Shown here: piece after piece, positions 1 through 11,372 of the stretch
How positions within the stretch are numbered: the stretch's first letter is position 1
How the letters are laid out: every line of letters begins with the position of its first letter
IMG/VR virus record: IMGVR_UViG_3300037067_019204
Coordinates: 1-64,000 of that record
Strand: one strand, 5' to 3'
Source of the DNA: a virus
Taxonomy: Duplodnaviria > Caudoviricetes
DNA length: 64,000 nucleotides
Program-made: the position numbers and the translations under genes
Notes under the pieces: generated by a model
What the model was told of the DNA's origin: nothing
Seen by the model: only the letters and a program-made list of their open reading frames with translations
Database searches by the model: none

Positions 1-390
1 ACCATCAGGAATAACATTAAATATTTCTGCAAAGTCAACATCTCTTATTGATGTGTTTGCTGTCCAATTAAAATCATAAGGACAAATGCATTCAAACAGT
101 TGAGACACTTTTCCATTTTCACTTCTTAAAGGAAGGACAGCACCATGTCCACTATATTGAAAAAATATTCTATCCCCGGCTTGTAAATCAGAAACAAGCC
201 AATTAAGCCTTTCTTTTATATTATTTGCTGTTGCTCTTTCATCTATAATTAATCTAATATCATCTGCCTGAAAGCCACATTTTTTTGTTAAAAAAAATGC
301 CATATCCTTAATGTCATTGACACAACCATTAAGTCTATTTCTTGGGTCAGGATATTTATTTATTCCAACCAGCAATGCTTTTTGAGACAT
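1..390 (-). CDS. Caspase-family (C14, metacaspase/orthocaspase) peptidase, runs off window
   Basis: Manual translation MSQKALLVGINKYPDPRNRLNGCVNDI...FFQYSGHG...ICPYDF; SGHG catalytic His motif; GAGGAG RBS; not in ORF track. Confidence 0.85.
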   Translation of the reverse strand, partial: MSQKALLVGINKYPDPRNRLNGCVNDIKDMAFFLTKKCGFQADDIRLIIDERATANNIKERLNWLVSDLQAGDRIFFQYSGHGAVLPLRSENGKVSQLFECICPYDFNWTANTSIRDVDFAEIFNVIPDG

Positions 391-1171
391 AGTGCTCTCC
401 TCTTAATTAAATTAATTCTTATCAAGATCATCCAAATATTTTTCTACCACTTTTTCTCTATCAGTAAAGTATAATTCAAGATCAGACAACATTTCTTCCA
501 AAGATACAAAAACAAATTTTTTACATCCAATGTGTACTAGATAACCATTTGTCATTTTTTGTATTTTAATATCATAGTTACTTTGATCACTCCATAAACG
601 TATCCTATCTTTTTTTGACATTTCTTTTTTTTCTAAGGAATTATACTTTGGTATGCAAGCTTCTTCTGGAGCATCACAGCATTCTTGCACCGCAACCGAA
701 GTCCCACCATTTAATCTTGTCATAATTTTAATCTCCTCTTATTTAATATTATTTTAATCTTTTGCATCTTCATCTGAAAGATCTCTAAAAACATTTATCA
801 GCATGTTTTTTTTGCTTTCAAATAAGGTATCAATCAATTTTTTTAGGATATAACCAACAGTAGAAGTTATTAATCCAATTAAAGCATCAATACAGTATTT
901 TTTAGTATTTGTTGTAGTATTAGTAGATTGAGATGAATTATTTAATTCAATTTGTAAATTTATTTTAGCACTTTTATCTAAAGGTTTAGAAACAGTGGCT
1001 ACTCTTTCTTTTTTAGTAGGAGAAATATCCATATGATTATATGTAATAAGTCCACCACCTACTAATATGGTACAACAAATAGTTATTATAGATATAATCT
1101 TCCATTTTTTCTTTAGTTTTTCAATTAAAATTTCTAACTTATCATCTAGTATCATCATAAAATATTTTCCT

Positions 1172-1471
1172 TTAGTTGTCCTTACTTGGACCAACTCCCC
1201 TCATTTCTTCTGCATGCATATCAGAATGACATTGCCTACACAAAATTTTACATTTTTTTACTTCTGCTTGAAATCTTTCAGGAGACCAAGACCATATTTT
1301 ATGATCTTCTTTTTCATGTTTATCTAAATGGTGTAATTCTAAATTTTTAGTAGAACCACATTTTGCGCATTTTTTACCTTCAAAAAAGTGTTGTTTTCTC
1401 ACTCTAAGCCAATTTCTTTGGTACTCTCTTTTTTTATCAATATCCTTAAATGGCATTTTCATTTCCTTCAA
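1172..1471 (-). CDS. Small HNH endonuclease
   Basis: CAKC...LELHH...LCRQCH. Confidence 0.75.
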   Translation of the reverse strand: MKEMKMPFKDIDKKREYQRNWLRVRKQHFFEGKKCAKCGSTKNLELHHLDKHEKEDHKIWSWSPERFQAEVKKCKILCRQCHSDMHAEEMRGVGPSKDN

Positions 1472-1705
1472 TAAAAGATTTGTTTTTTCTCATTAAATGA
1501 TTCATATAATCTTCATTTTTCAACAAATCTGTTGATGTGATAATACAATCATGATGAATACATTTAAAACAATTATCATCACAAACTTTTAAATGTTTTT
1601 TAATGCAATCTGATTTTGAACAAACATTATTAACATATTTATTCATAGGAGTTATAATATCACCACAGTATTTACACTTGTGCACTTTCATAAGGATTTA
1701 TAAAT

Positions 1706-2119
1706 TTAATTTGCAATTTTTAGTTTTAGAGGTTCTTTAAGGTTTTCAAACCAGACATCTTCATAATCAAGAGTTATTTCATCACCCCTTAAGATATTTT
1801 TTGTTGCTCTAAATATAGCTACTTTTTTATTCATATCCCAAGATAAATATGTATTAGGTTTAAAATCATGATTTAAAAATGTTCCCAAACCAAATACGAG
1901 ATGAGCATTTGTGTCTTCTTTTCCTCTATCACTCCAAAAATAATGATCTGTTAAACTCTTGCCCTCTACTTCATCTTTTGATACAACAAGAAAATTGTTT
2001 ATAAACAAAATATCATCTTTGTTATAATTTTTTCTTGAAATAACACATTTTCCCTTTTCTTTTGTATTTATTATCTCAAATTCATTTGTTTTAAAAATAA
2101 GCTCAGACTCTACTTCCAC
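1706..2119 (-). CDS. SET-domain lysine methyltransferase
   Basis: KGKCV...FLNHDFKPN...GDEITLDY SET motifs. Confidence 0.85.
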   Translation of the reverse strand: MEVESELIFKTNEFEIINTKEKGKCVISRKNYNKDDILFINNFLVVSKDEVEGKSLTDHYFWSDRGKEDTNAHLVFGLGTFLNHDFKPNTYLSWDMNKKVAIFRATKNILRGDEITLDYEDVWFENLKEPLKLKIAN

Positions 2120-2300
2120 GACTGCTTTACCTCTTTATTTAAGTCTCTCCTATCAAAATGATATACTAAGGAATTACTTTCATTTACTTTATACCCTTCT
2201 TTTTCAATCATTCTTTTTAATGCTTTTTTATGATCTTTGTTTTTAATATCTCTAAAAACTATCTTTTTCATTTAAAACCTCACTATTAAAAATTAATATG

Positions 2301-2602
2301 CTCTGGCGGCAAGGATCGAACTTGCGACTTTCTGGTTACAATTATCCTACTATTTCTAATAGGGTTGGACTATCTTATCATCCTATAAGGATGCTGGACG
2401 CTTATGAAAGATTATTGGTAGACTCCTCACTTTCTAGTCTCTGCTCCTTTTGAATTACTTTAATGTCATTCATTCAACTTGGGTCAGGATTGCCATATCA
2501 TTTTGACTTAGGGTTCCCTGAATTCATCCAGTTTTTCAATTATTATTACTAATAAAAGCTGCCTCTGACAGCCAGATGCTCTACCTACTGAGCTACACCA
2601 GA
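2301..2602 (-). tRNA. tRNA-Asn(GTT) interrupted by group I intron (exons 2568-2602 and 2301-2338)
   Basis: Joined exons give TCTGGTG...TCTGG-CT-GTT-AA-CCAGA...GTTCGATCC...CGCCAGA-G cloverleaf. Confidence 0.9.
2339..2567 (-). mobile_element. Group I intron (229 nt, no ORF) at anticodon position 35/36
   Basis: P AATTCAGGGAA, Q AATCCTGA, R GCAGAGACTA, S AAGATAGTCC; 5' exon ends in U and pairs with GGCAGC; terminal G. Confidence 0.88.
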
Positions 2603-2684
2603 ATAAACTTTATATATTTTAATTATATTTTCTTTTATTAATTTATCCTTTTTTGTTTATTATTTTTTATTATATTTTCTACTT

Positions 2685-2757
2685 CGGGACTGACGAGCTA
2701 TGATCTCGCTACCTCTTGTGTGACAGACAAGTACTCTTCCAATTGAGCTACAGCCCC
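2685..2757 (-). tRNA. tRNA-Asp(GTC), atypical T-loop ATCATAG
   Basis: CTTGT-CT-GTC-AC-ACAAG anticodon arm, GGGGCTG/CAGTCCC acceptor. Confidence 0.85.
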
Positions 2758-2769
2758 ATTTTCTAACAT

Positions 2770-3075
2770 TTAATCCAAAAATTCATCAAAATTAGTCCAA
2801 TTTTTGGCTATACAAAGCAATATAATATAACCCACTAAATCAATCAAATCATTTTTTCTTAATTCTTTATTATTTTCTGCTCTAGTCAGTTTATCATCAA
2901 TTCTGGCTGTAAGTTGCATTATACCATCTTCTTTACAAAAGATCTTTCTGGGATGTAATGCACTATCCCCATATCTTTTATTTTTTTCAATCAAAAAACT
3001 ACAAAGATTATCAGTTACTTCTTTTATTTTTTGTTGAGTATCAGTCATATTATTAATTTTTTGTGTTTGTTTCAT
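2770..3075 (-). CDS. Nucleotide-modification-associated alpha-helical protein (DUF1599-like)
   Basis: KNKRYGDS...RIDDKLTR...DLVGYIIL. Confidence 0.6.
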   Translation of the reverse strand: MKQTQKINNMTDTQQKIKEVTDNLCSFLIEKNKRYGDSALHPRKIFCKEDGIMQLTARIDDKLTRAENNKELRKNDLIDLVGYIILLCIAKNWTNFDEFLD

Positions 3076-4057
3076 ATGTATTTAATAACTTTCCCCCTTT
3101 TTTTATATTATCAATTGCCCACAATGGTTGTAAATTAGTATAATTAAAACATTTTTTTTGTTCTTCTATTAAAGATAAATCAAAAAAACAACAAGGAATT
3201 ATATGATCAACATGCCATTTACCATAGTTCTCTTTAGTCATTCCATTAGTAAATTTAGATTCTAAATGAATCCATAATTGTTCTATAGAACAACCCACAA
3301 ATTCCATTGTAGATTTACTTTTGCTGTTTCCTTTTAATACTGCATTTATTCTATTTTTAAGATTCACTCTAATCCTATAAGAAGGATCTTGTTGATAATG
3401 TTCTTTTTTTTGTTTATTTATTTTTTCTTTATTATTTAAGTAATAAAATCTTTTTTTGTCTTTATTCCTTGAATAAGAATCTGCATTCCATTTTCTATGT
3501 TTTTCAATATTATTTTTATAGTTTTGTCTTCTTTTTCTTTTTACTTCTTCATGATTTGAATAATATTGTTTTTCCATTGAACATTTTATAATTTCTTTTT
3601 TTATATCTTCTTGATATGCAGAAAGAGGTCTTTTGGAACAAGTTTCATAACATCGTTTTTGTCGTGAATTCCAAGTAATAAAACTTCTTCCACAAATTTC
3701 GCATGTTTTCTCATGCTTATGTACTTTATTTTTTACTCTTCTCCAATTATTTTGAATTAATTGCGAATGCTTTTTTAAGCATTCTTTTTCACCACAAGTT
3801 ACAAAAGTTCTTCGTTTTGCTGTAAAAAATTTACCACAAATAATACATTTTTTTAAATTCGTCCTATTTTTTAATATAGGTTTAAAATGACGCGCAATCA
3901 TACTCATGTATTGTTTGAGATTCATCTTTAATCTTAAAGAGATATCTTTTGCTTCCATATCTATATTATGATGATCTATAATAAATTTTATCTCTTCTTT
4001 GGATAAAATATTTCTATTTTTTGGTTTATAATTTATATTAACATCTTCCATAAGCAT
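3053..4057 (-). CDS. HNH-type homing endonuclease with N-terminal Zn-ribbons
   Basis: WHVDHIIPC...NYTNLQPLWAIDNIKK; CxxC repeats. Confidence 0.75.
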   Translation of the reverse strand: MLMEDVNINYKPKNRNILSKEEIKFIIDHHNIDMEAKDISLRLKMNLKQYMSMIARHFKPILKNRTNLKKCIICGKFFTAKRRTFVTCGEKECLKKHSQLIQNNWRRVKNKVHKHEKTCEICGRSFITWNSRQKRCYETCSKRPLSAYQEDIKKEIIKCSMEKQYYSNHEEVKRKRRQNYKNNIEKHRKWNADSYSRNKDKKRFYYLNNKEKINKQKKEHYQQDPSYRIRVNLKNRINAVLKGNSKSKSTMEFVGCSIEQLWIHLESKFTNGMTKENYGKWHVDHIIPCCFFDLSLIEEQKKCFNYTNLQPLWAIDNIKKGGKLLNTYETNTKN

Positions 4058-4514
4058 CTTTTATTCTAACAATATCTAATTCATCATTTTTATCACCCTC
4101 ATCTTTTTGAAGGGCAATATCTAAAATACGACCATAAGATTTAGTGCCCAAGTATCTTGCTCTGTGAACAATTAGTTTATGAAATCCAAACATATCCCCT
4201 TCTTTTGCTAAAACAGTTTCTATATTTTTATCCAAAAAATTATCTAAATCAGCAAATCTTTGTGCTTCATTAGGATTATTAATAATATCTTTGGGAACAG
4301 GAATGGTACTATACTGAATAAGAAAGTTATCATCAAGTATCAAATAAAATTGTTCTCGCAAAAAATGGAATTGCATTGATAACATTTCTTGGGGCTTAAT
4401 ATACAGTATTTTTGTTGTACAAGGCTGATTATCTGCATATAAACCATAATAACCCCACGGGCGTTCTTCATATTCATTTAAAAAAGGTTTAGGAGCTTCA
4501 TTTAATATTTTCAT
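4038..4514 (-). CDS. Cupin, mannose-6-phosphate isomerase type II-like
   Basis: ERPWGYY...LSMQFH...E...DIVRIKDAYGR. Confidence 0.7.
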   Translation of the reverse strand: MKILNEAPKPFLNEYEERPWGYYGLYADNQPCTTKILYIKPQEMLSMQFHFLREQFYLILDDNFLIQYSTIPVPKDIINNPNEAQRFADLDNFLDKNIETVLAKEGDMFGFHKLIVHRARYLGTKSYGRILDIALQKDEGDKNDELDIVRIKDAYGRC

Positions 4515-4596
4515 GTATATTTCCTTTAAAATTAATATATTTTATCTCATTACAAGATAAAATATATTAATAGTTATCATTTTGTTAAGCTTTTTT

Positions 4597-4740
4597 TTAG
4601 TTGTCGATTTCAGGTTTTTCTACGTTTTTCTTAGTTTTAACAGTCTTTTTAACCTTTTTGGGGGTTGTTTTAACACTAACCTTTTTAGCTACTTTTTTCA
4701 TTATTTTTGTTACTTTAGTCTTTTTTACTTCTTTCTTCAT
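4597..4740 (-). CDS. 47-aa lysine-rich, histone H1-like basic peptide
   Basis: Manual translation MKKEVKKTKVTKIMKKVAKKVSVKTTPKKVKKTVKTKKNVEKPEIDN; AAGGAG RBS. Confidence 0.6.
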   Translation of the reverse strand: MKKEVKKTKVTKIMKKVAKKVSVKTTPKKVKKTVKTKKNVEKPEIDN

Positions 4741-4755
4741 TCTTAACTCCTTAAT

Positions 4756-5115
4756 TTATTTTACTATAATATTTTCTATTTCTTTCTTCAATATTATTTC
4801 TGGTTGAGTCCCAATAGCTCTAAATTTTTCAATACCTTTATCCAATAATATAAGTGTTGGTATTGAACTAATAGAGAACTTACTTGCAAGTTCTGGTTCT
4901 GAATCAATATTAACTTTTCCTATTTTGATCATATCAAATTTATTTAAAACCATTTCTTGTTGTCTACAAGGACCACACCACGGTGCCCAAAAGTCAATCA
5001 ATATTTGATTGTTTTCTGTTTCTTGACCGAAATTTTCTTTAGTTAAATCTATCATTTTCATACCTTTATTGGTTTTATTAATCACCCCAATTCCATTCAA
5101 CCAAAGAATTTCCAT
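4756..5115 (-). CDS. trxA: Thioredoxin (true start probably a downstream Met)
   Basis: DFWAPWCGPC, SIPTL. Confidence 0.9.
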   Translation of the reverse strand: MEILWLNGIGVINKTNKGMKMIDLTKENFGQETENNQILIDFWAPWCGPCRQQEMVLNKFDMIKIGKVNIDSEPELASKFSISSIPTLILLDKGIEKFRAIGTQPEIILKKEIENIIVK

Positions 5116-5572
5116 CTGAACTTATTTGGAACAAACAATATTTAGCTGAAAGCATATTAGGCCAATATTTGTATCTTTGCCCAATAACTAATTCTGAAAC
5201 AGATTTTCCAAGATATCCTGTAGTAATAGTAGTTCCACCTTCCCAACTATAAACAGATTTTGTTACTAGGAAAATAGGTTCAGTTGTAGAAGACATTTCT
5301 ATTTTATATACTTGAAATTCACTACAATTACAAGTATCTTTTAAATAAGTACATTGAAGAAGATCTTTTATATTTTTGCAAGAAAGCTCAAGAATAGTAA
5401 CTTTTGGGTATTCTTTACAATCAGTGCAAATTTGACATGTTGGGCATACAGGACATTCTGATTTAATCCCATAAGGAAGAACAGATTTATCTCCAACACC
5501 ATCATCTATTGGGTCACATCCAAAAATAAAACATGTAAAAGCCAGCAAAACCATAATTAAACTTTTTTTCAT
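5078..5572 (-). CDS. Cys-rich lipoprotein
   Basis: Signal peptide ending FIFGC; C-terminal part resembles neighbour 5658-6572. Confidence 0.55.
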   Translation of the reverse strand: MKKSLIMVLLAFTCFIFGCDPIDDGVGDKSVLPYGIKSECPVCPTCQICTDCKEYPKVTILELSCKNIKDLLQCTYLKDTCNCSEFQVYKIEMSSTTEPIFLVTKSVYSWEGGTTITTGYLGKSVSELVIGQRYKYWPNMLSAKYCLFQISSDGNSLVEWNWGD

Positions 5573-5604
5573 TTCATTTGACCTCCTAAATTATAATATA
5601 AATA

Positions 5605-5640
5605 AATCATAAAGCTCTTGACCAAAAGAGCTTTATGATT
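5605..5640. terminator. Intergenic hairpin, probable terminator
   Basis: AATCATAAAGCTCTT...AAGAGCTTTATGATT inverted repeat. Confidence 0.5.
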
Positions 5641-5657
5641 CAATAATTAAAACTTAA

Positions 5658-6572
5658 TTACTGACCAACTTTTCCACAATCAATTGTTCCATCACTATTA
5701 ATATGCCAATCAACACCATTTGTTGTATAGGTTGTTTCGGAATATATTTGAGTCATTTGATTATTAAAATTATGTGAATCAGTAGTATTCATATCTGAGT
5801 AATATTTATCTCCAACTTTAATAACATATCCAAGAACAGACGGATTACAAACACCGCACATTGCAGAACTACACTTAGCACATTTTACTTCAAGAACAGT
5901 AATTTGACCACAAATTGGACAAGTGCCATCTTTGCCATCTTTACCGTCAGTTCCATTAAGAACAGTAAAAGAAGTCCCATCAGTGCAAGTAACAAGAGTT
6001 CCATTGGTAACAGTACTAGATGAACAATTTACTGATACTCCATCTTGTCCATCTTTACCAGTAAGACCCGTTTCTCCATTATATACATAGTAATCACCTG
6101 TACCACAATTAATCTTAATACCATTATCTACAGTTTCGACTGTGCAAGACTGCCCATCAGAACCTTGGATACCTTGAGGACCTTGTGCCCCATCAACACC
6201 GTTAAGAATATTAACAGAATTATCACCACAAGAAACTGTAGCACCACCATCAAAAGATACTATACCACAACTTACTCCATTTTCTCCATCTTTTCCATCA
6301 ATCCCATTCCATACATAAAAATCACCATTACCACAATTGATTTTAATACCAATAGGGCTTTGTATAATTTCAAGATATGAGGGAACATCTGTAGGATAAA
6401 CATATTCTACTGTACAAGATTGACCAGCAGGACCCTGTGGTCCAACAATACCGGGAAACAATAGATAATTTTTGTCGTTTTCAGTATCATTGATACCATC
6501 ACAACCAATCATTGCAATAGCTCCAGTAAGAAAAATTGCAAGTATAAAAATAAGACTAAAAATTTTCTTCAT
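5658..6572 (-). CDS. Lipoprotein with collagen-like Gly-X-Y repeats
   Basis: Lipobox-like AMIGC; repeated GxDGxDG/GPQG plus SCTV...INCG units. Confidence 0.65.
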   Translation of the reverse strand: MKKIFSLIFILAIFLTGAIAMIGCDGINDTENDKNYLLFPGIVGPQGPAGQSCTVEYVYPTDVPSYLEIIQSPIGIKINCGNGDFYVWNGIDGKDGENGVSCGIVSFDGGATVSCGDNSVNILNGVDGAQGPQGIQGSDGQSCTVETVDNGIKINCGTGDYYVYNGETGLTGKDGQDGVSVNCSSSTVTNGTLVTCTDGTSFTVLNGTDGKDGKDGTCPICGQITVLEVKCAKCSSAMCGVCNPSVLGYVIKVGDKYYSDMNTTDSHNFNNQMTQIYSETTYTTNGVDWHINSDGTIDCGKVGQ

Positions 6573-6594
6573 ATTATATACTCCTTTAATTTAA

Positions 6595-7107
6595 TTAAAA
6601 CTTAAAACCGAACATTATTTTAGCACCAGCCATATTAAAAGTACGGTCTGGAAATGCACCATAAAAAGCATGCGCATAACTAATACCACCACCTAAACTA
6701 AAGGTTGGGGTTAATTCACGAACATAGGAAATACCAAGACCGGGAGCCGTTACTAATTTTTGAGCACTATTTGACCACATAAAATAAACCATTGGCTCAA
6801 GAAAAATAGTATTTTTCTTTTCTTTTTGCGTAATCACTTCTTCTTTTTTAGAAATGTCTTTTTTCACTTCTTTTTTTGCTTCTGACTTAGAAACCTTACT
6901 TGGAAGTTGTTTTGCAACATTTTGCTTCCCAACATAAGGTTTTTTTTGAGCAATTGTTTTTGGTAATGGAATCGTTGAATCTTCTAAACAACGATACATC
7001 TTCCCATCTTTTTCCATATTAAAAGATGATTCTGCATACGTTGAAGATACAATGGAAACTACAAAAGCCAAAGCAATTGCAATACTCATAAAATACCCTT
7101 TCTTCAT
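6595..7107 (-). CDS. Secreted or outer-membrane beta-strand protein
   Basis: Signal peptide; amphipathic strands; C-terminal MFGFKF. Confidence 0.45.
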   Translation of the reverse strand: MKKGYFMSIAIALAFVVSIVSSTYAESSFNMEKDGKMYRCLEDSTIPLPKTIAQKKPYVGKQNVAKQLPSKVSKSEAKKEVKKDISKKEEVITQKEKKNTIFLEPMVYFMWSNSAQKLVTAPGLGISYVRELTPTFSLGGGISYAHAFYGAFPDRTFNMAGAKIMFGFKF

Positions 7108-7323
7108 ATGATTCTCCTTAATTTTTTATTATATATAATCAACAAGATTTTATTCTTGCTTATTTTCTTTTAATTACTTAGTATTAATATATTATTTTGT
7201 CAAGATAATTTTATTAATTTTTTCTTTTTTATTTATATCAGGATAAAGTATTGGTGCATCTGCCATAGATGCCTGTTGCTTATTTAAATACTCTAAGCAT
7301 TTCCTAAGAAAGAAGTACATATA

Positions 7324-10300
7324 TTATTCCTTCTTATTACAAGTAAGTTTAGTAGGTTGTTCTTTTATAGTAATACCTAAATATGCACAAATAGCATCTA
7401 CTTTATCATTTAATTCTTGAATTTGATCTTTTGGTAAAGGAAGCTTAGGCTCAGTTAATACGCTTTTTATTGACATACCCGAACCTATTGCATGCTCAAT
7501 ATAATCTAATCTTTTTACTATACTCCAATGCCAGCAGGAATCAGAAGATCCTATAGTATTTTCTATATCATCTATTCTTTCTTTAGTTTTTGATTTAAAC
7601 CATTTCTTTTTCATATAAATTTACTCCTTTTTAAACTTTTTTCTAATCTCATTGCTGCTTTAACCTGTTCTTGTGCATCATCAGACGTTAGAAGATCAAT
7701 CCAATCTCTTGTTAACTTGCCTTCTTTTGTTATTTTATAAGCTTTCGGATTAGTAATATTTAATTTAATCTTCATTAGATATGTTAAACTCAACTTTTGA
7801 TTTTGATACTCGTTTAAGCTCTCTTTTATTATGTTCGTCTACTTCTCTATTACATTCTTGGAGAATAACTGATAATATATGATATGTAACAGGATCATTT
7901 GGACTAAAATCTTTCATAAAATCTTCAAATTTATTAACGAAATATGAAAATTTATCTGTAATAAAATTTGGAACTTCAATGTCTAACTTTGTTTCATTCA
8001 TGTTAATATATCCTATGATTAAAATCTTTTTCAGTACAAGTTTTTAATATATCTCTTTCATCTTGAGGAAGATGTTTTACAAGATACCCCGGTTTACAAT
8101 CTTCAGATATGGGTTTATTATCTCTAATTGCTGCTTTTAATTTGGCATAAGGAGGACAACCGTTTAAACAAGAATCAAAAAAAGCCGATCGAATTAGTTT
8201 ATTTATTATACCTTGTAAAGATAATCTTTTTCCTATGAATTCATCTGTTCCCATATTCCCTCTTTGTAGATCTTTCATATAATTCATTAAACTCTTCATC
8301 AGTCATATTCTTAACTTTTTCAAGAATTTCTTCTAACGCCAGAAGACCTTTATCTTTTATTTGTATAGTACCAGTTGAAGTAACTTTGAGCTTGTCAATA
8401 TCGATATTCTTTGAAAGCTTACCAGTAATATATTTCTTTAATGATTCAAAACTGAAAGCTTCATCTAAAAAGAATCTACTCATTTTTATCCTCATGATCT
8501 TCTATTCTTTGATCTCTAATACATCGTACTAATTCAAGCATATCAATAAAATGAGTTCTTATATAAGTATGCATGCATCCCAAAGCGAACCCATACTCAA
8601 TATCTCCTCGTTCTGTTTCACATATTCGTTGAATTTCGGCTGCATGATTTTCAAACATACGACAAAAGAAATCTATAGACTCAAGTTGTTCTTCTGTTAT
8701 TTTATATTCCATTTTTATTATCCTTTTTACAACTGTCTTCAAAGAAAGGTTTCCAAGAAAGTTTACATAAATGACAACCAGCAATTGCTCTGCATCCTAG
8801 TGCATCATGACGACTTCCATTATGTTTTTCACATTCTATAACATAGTCACAGGTATCGCAAGCTGTGTCCCAATCAATTTCTTGTTTTCTTATTTTTTCA
8901 GTGTCGACCATTTTATTTCCTTTTTTTGTAATAGTTACTACACTTTGGTTGAATACATCCTAATTTTTTACCATACCAATTAGTTTTAATACTGGAATGA
9001 CATTTATCACAAATGTGAACTCCACCTTCTCGAAGTATTCTCCCCAAAGAAGGTAATGGTGGCAATGGTTTAGTTATGTCAGCTTCTGTCTTTGAAAGCT
9101 CTATTTTAGAAACTCTAATCCCCTCAACTTTTTCTCCTCTAACATACTTAAGTACATCAGTTAATGAGGTAATAATATCATCAACAAGCTTACTGCTTTT
9201 TGAATCTTCTTTTTTCATATAAGTTCCTCCTTTTTTAGATTTCCATTGTTCTCTAAAAAAATCTGCACGCATTTTTTCCGCAATTTCTTTTTCTTCTTCT
9301 ACTTTATCTAGATATTCAAGAATACTTAATATTACTTCTGATACATATACAGGAGACGTACCAGAAGTAATATCAGATAATGTAATTTTTTTATTTAAAT
9401 CTTCTTTTTCACCCGTAAAAAGATTCAGACCATTATTTTTTTCCGTATGCAAGTTTATGTGCTTTTGTTAATATATCTGTGCTTGGTTTCATATTAATAC
9501 TCTATTATTTTCATATATTATATTACTTATATCTCAAATTCTTCAACAACATTACCCCAACGTTTATTTGTAGTTTCTGTGGATTCAAATTGATCATTTA
9601 AAAATTGTTTTGCTTCATGTACATTCAAAAAATATATAGGTATAGGTGTTTCTATACTTTCTTTTTTATAAAAGCAACGATATATAGGTTTTAATATTAA
9701 ACCACTACCATCTGCTACATTATATTCTGGATAATATCTTCCATTTTTTTCTGTTATTCTTACTTTCATATACTACACTCCTTACAATAAGAAATTCCTT
9801 TACCTTGATTAGTTAATTCATTAACTGGAACTAACTTACCACATTTAGAACATATACCAGTATTTTCTTCTAACTTTGGCCTTTCAAGACCTTCTCTCCA
9901 TAAAGGACAATTTAAACCTTCTTCTTCAGAAAAAGATTTCTTTTTACCATAGTCACCATTTGGATGAAAGCAATGGTAGATGCCTATAAAAACACAATTA
10001 TTACAATGTTTAATTTGTTCTTCTGTCATTTTTTAATTCAGTTCCTTCTATTCATCACATTTATATGGTGTACCATCAGAATGAAGTTTAGGAGCAATTC
10101 CACCAGCATTATACCCAGTATTAAAGTAGTATATGTGTCCTTCTATACATTTAGTTTCTATACAATAATTTGATAATCTTGATCCATTATTAACAGATCC
10201 TTTTTGAGAATAATCAGATCCGCATCCAATTAAAAAAGTAAAAAGAATAAAAAATACTATTTTTTTCATATAAACTCCTTTATTTTATACTGTACTTTAT

Positions 10301-11239
10301 TATAATATCCTATATTTCAATATTTGGAAAATAGTCTGTATGTACCCCATTTCTAAAGAAATAAGCTACATGTTTTAAATATTTCCTAAAATGTTGTTGC
10401 TCCAATTTTTCTTGATCCCATTTTTCAGCAGTTCTGGATTCTAATATAGTTTTTAATTCTTCATCTGTAATTTTTACATTTTCTCTAATTTTATATTTTA
10501 TATCTGATAAATATATTATATTTTCGCTTAAACAATTTGAACATATAAACACTTGACCTTGAAGATCCCAGTAGCATTCATTTTCTTTAATAATGGATTT
10601 TCCAATGTTAATTGTTTTACAATCTTTACAAAGTATCATTTTATTGTTTCTTCCATTTTTTACAATCTATAGCAGATTTTATTTTTTCTCTCCATTGTTG
10701 TAAAAGTTTTTCAGTTGGTTTGGGTAATTTTTCATATTCAATAAGAATTTCAGATGAACCATATCTTCGTATATAAATAGGATTATTATATATATCACCA
10801 ATATTCTCAGAAATATCTAATGCACATTGAACAGTTTTTACTGCAGTTTGAATACTTAAACCATCACGTTTATTAGAACCTTTTTTTGGATCAACATAAA
10901 TATTCATAATTATTTATTATTCTCTTTTTTACTATTTTTAAAAATTTTAATAAACTCAAAAATTATCATAGATACAACACAAATGGCTATAAATACCCCA
11001 AATATAGATAATATACCAAACCAAACTCGGCAAGAAAAAGAATTATAAGGATCACATACACTTGGATAATAATATGTTAATATGTATCCTGCTAAATAAA
11101 ATAAGGTTATAGAAATAATCCCACCAAAGAACAAATAGCATAAGAAACGAATAAACATATTTCCTATACCTGCACATGTTTCTAATATATTATATAATTT
11201 TTTACCCATATGTACCTCTTTTATTATTTCAATACCCAT
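7324..11239 (-). other. Tightly packed run of small hypothetical phage ORFs
   Basis: About 15 short co-oriented ORFs, often overlapping; no recognisable family except a DUF1565-like N-terminus in 10641-10907. Confidence 0.6.
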
Positions 11240-11372
11240 CTCAATACATCAATATCATATTGTATCCGAAATAATTTATCAATCTTACTAATACTAACAG
11301 TAGGCTCTAAACTTAATATTTTATATTCATCTTCTAATTCCTGAATACGTTGTTTTATCTCTTTTTTTGTTT

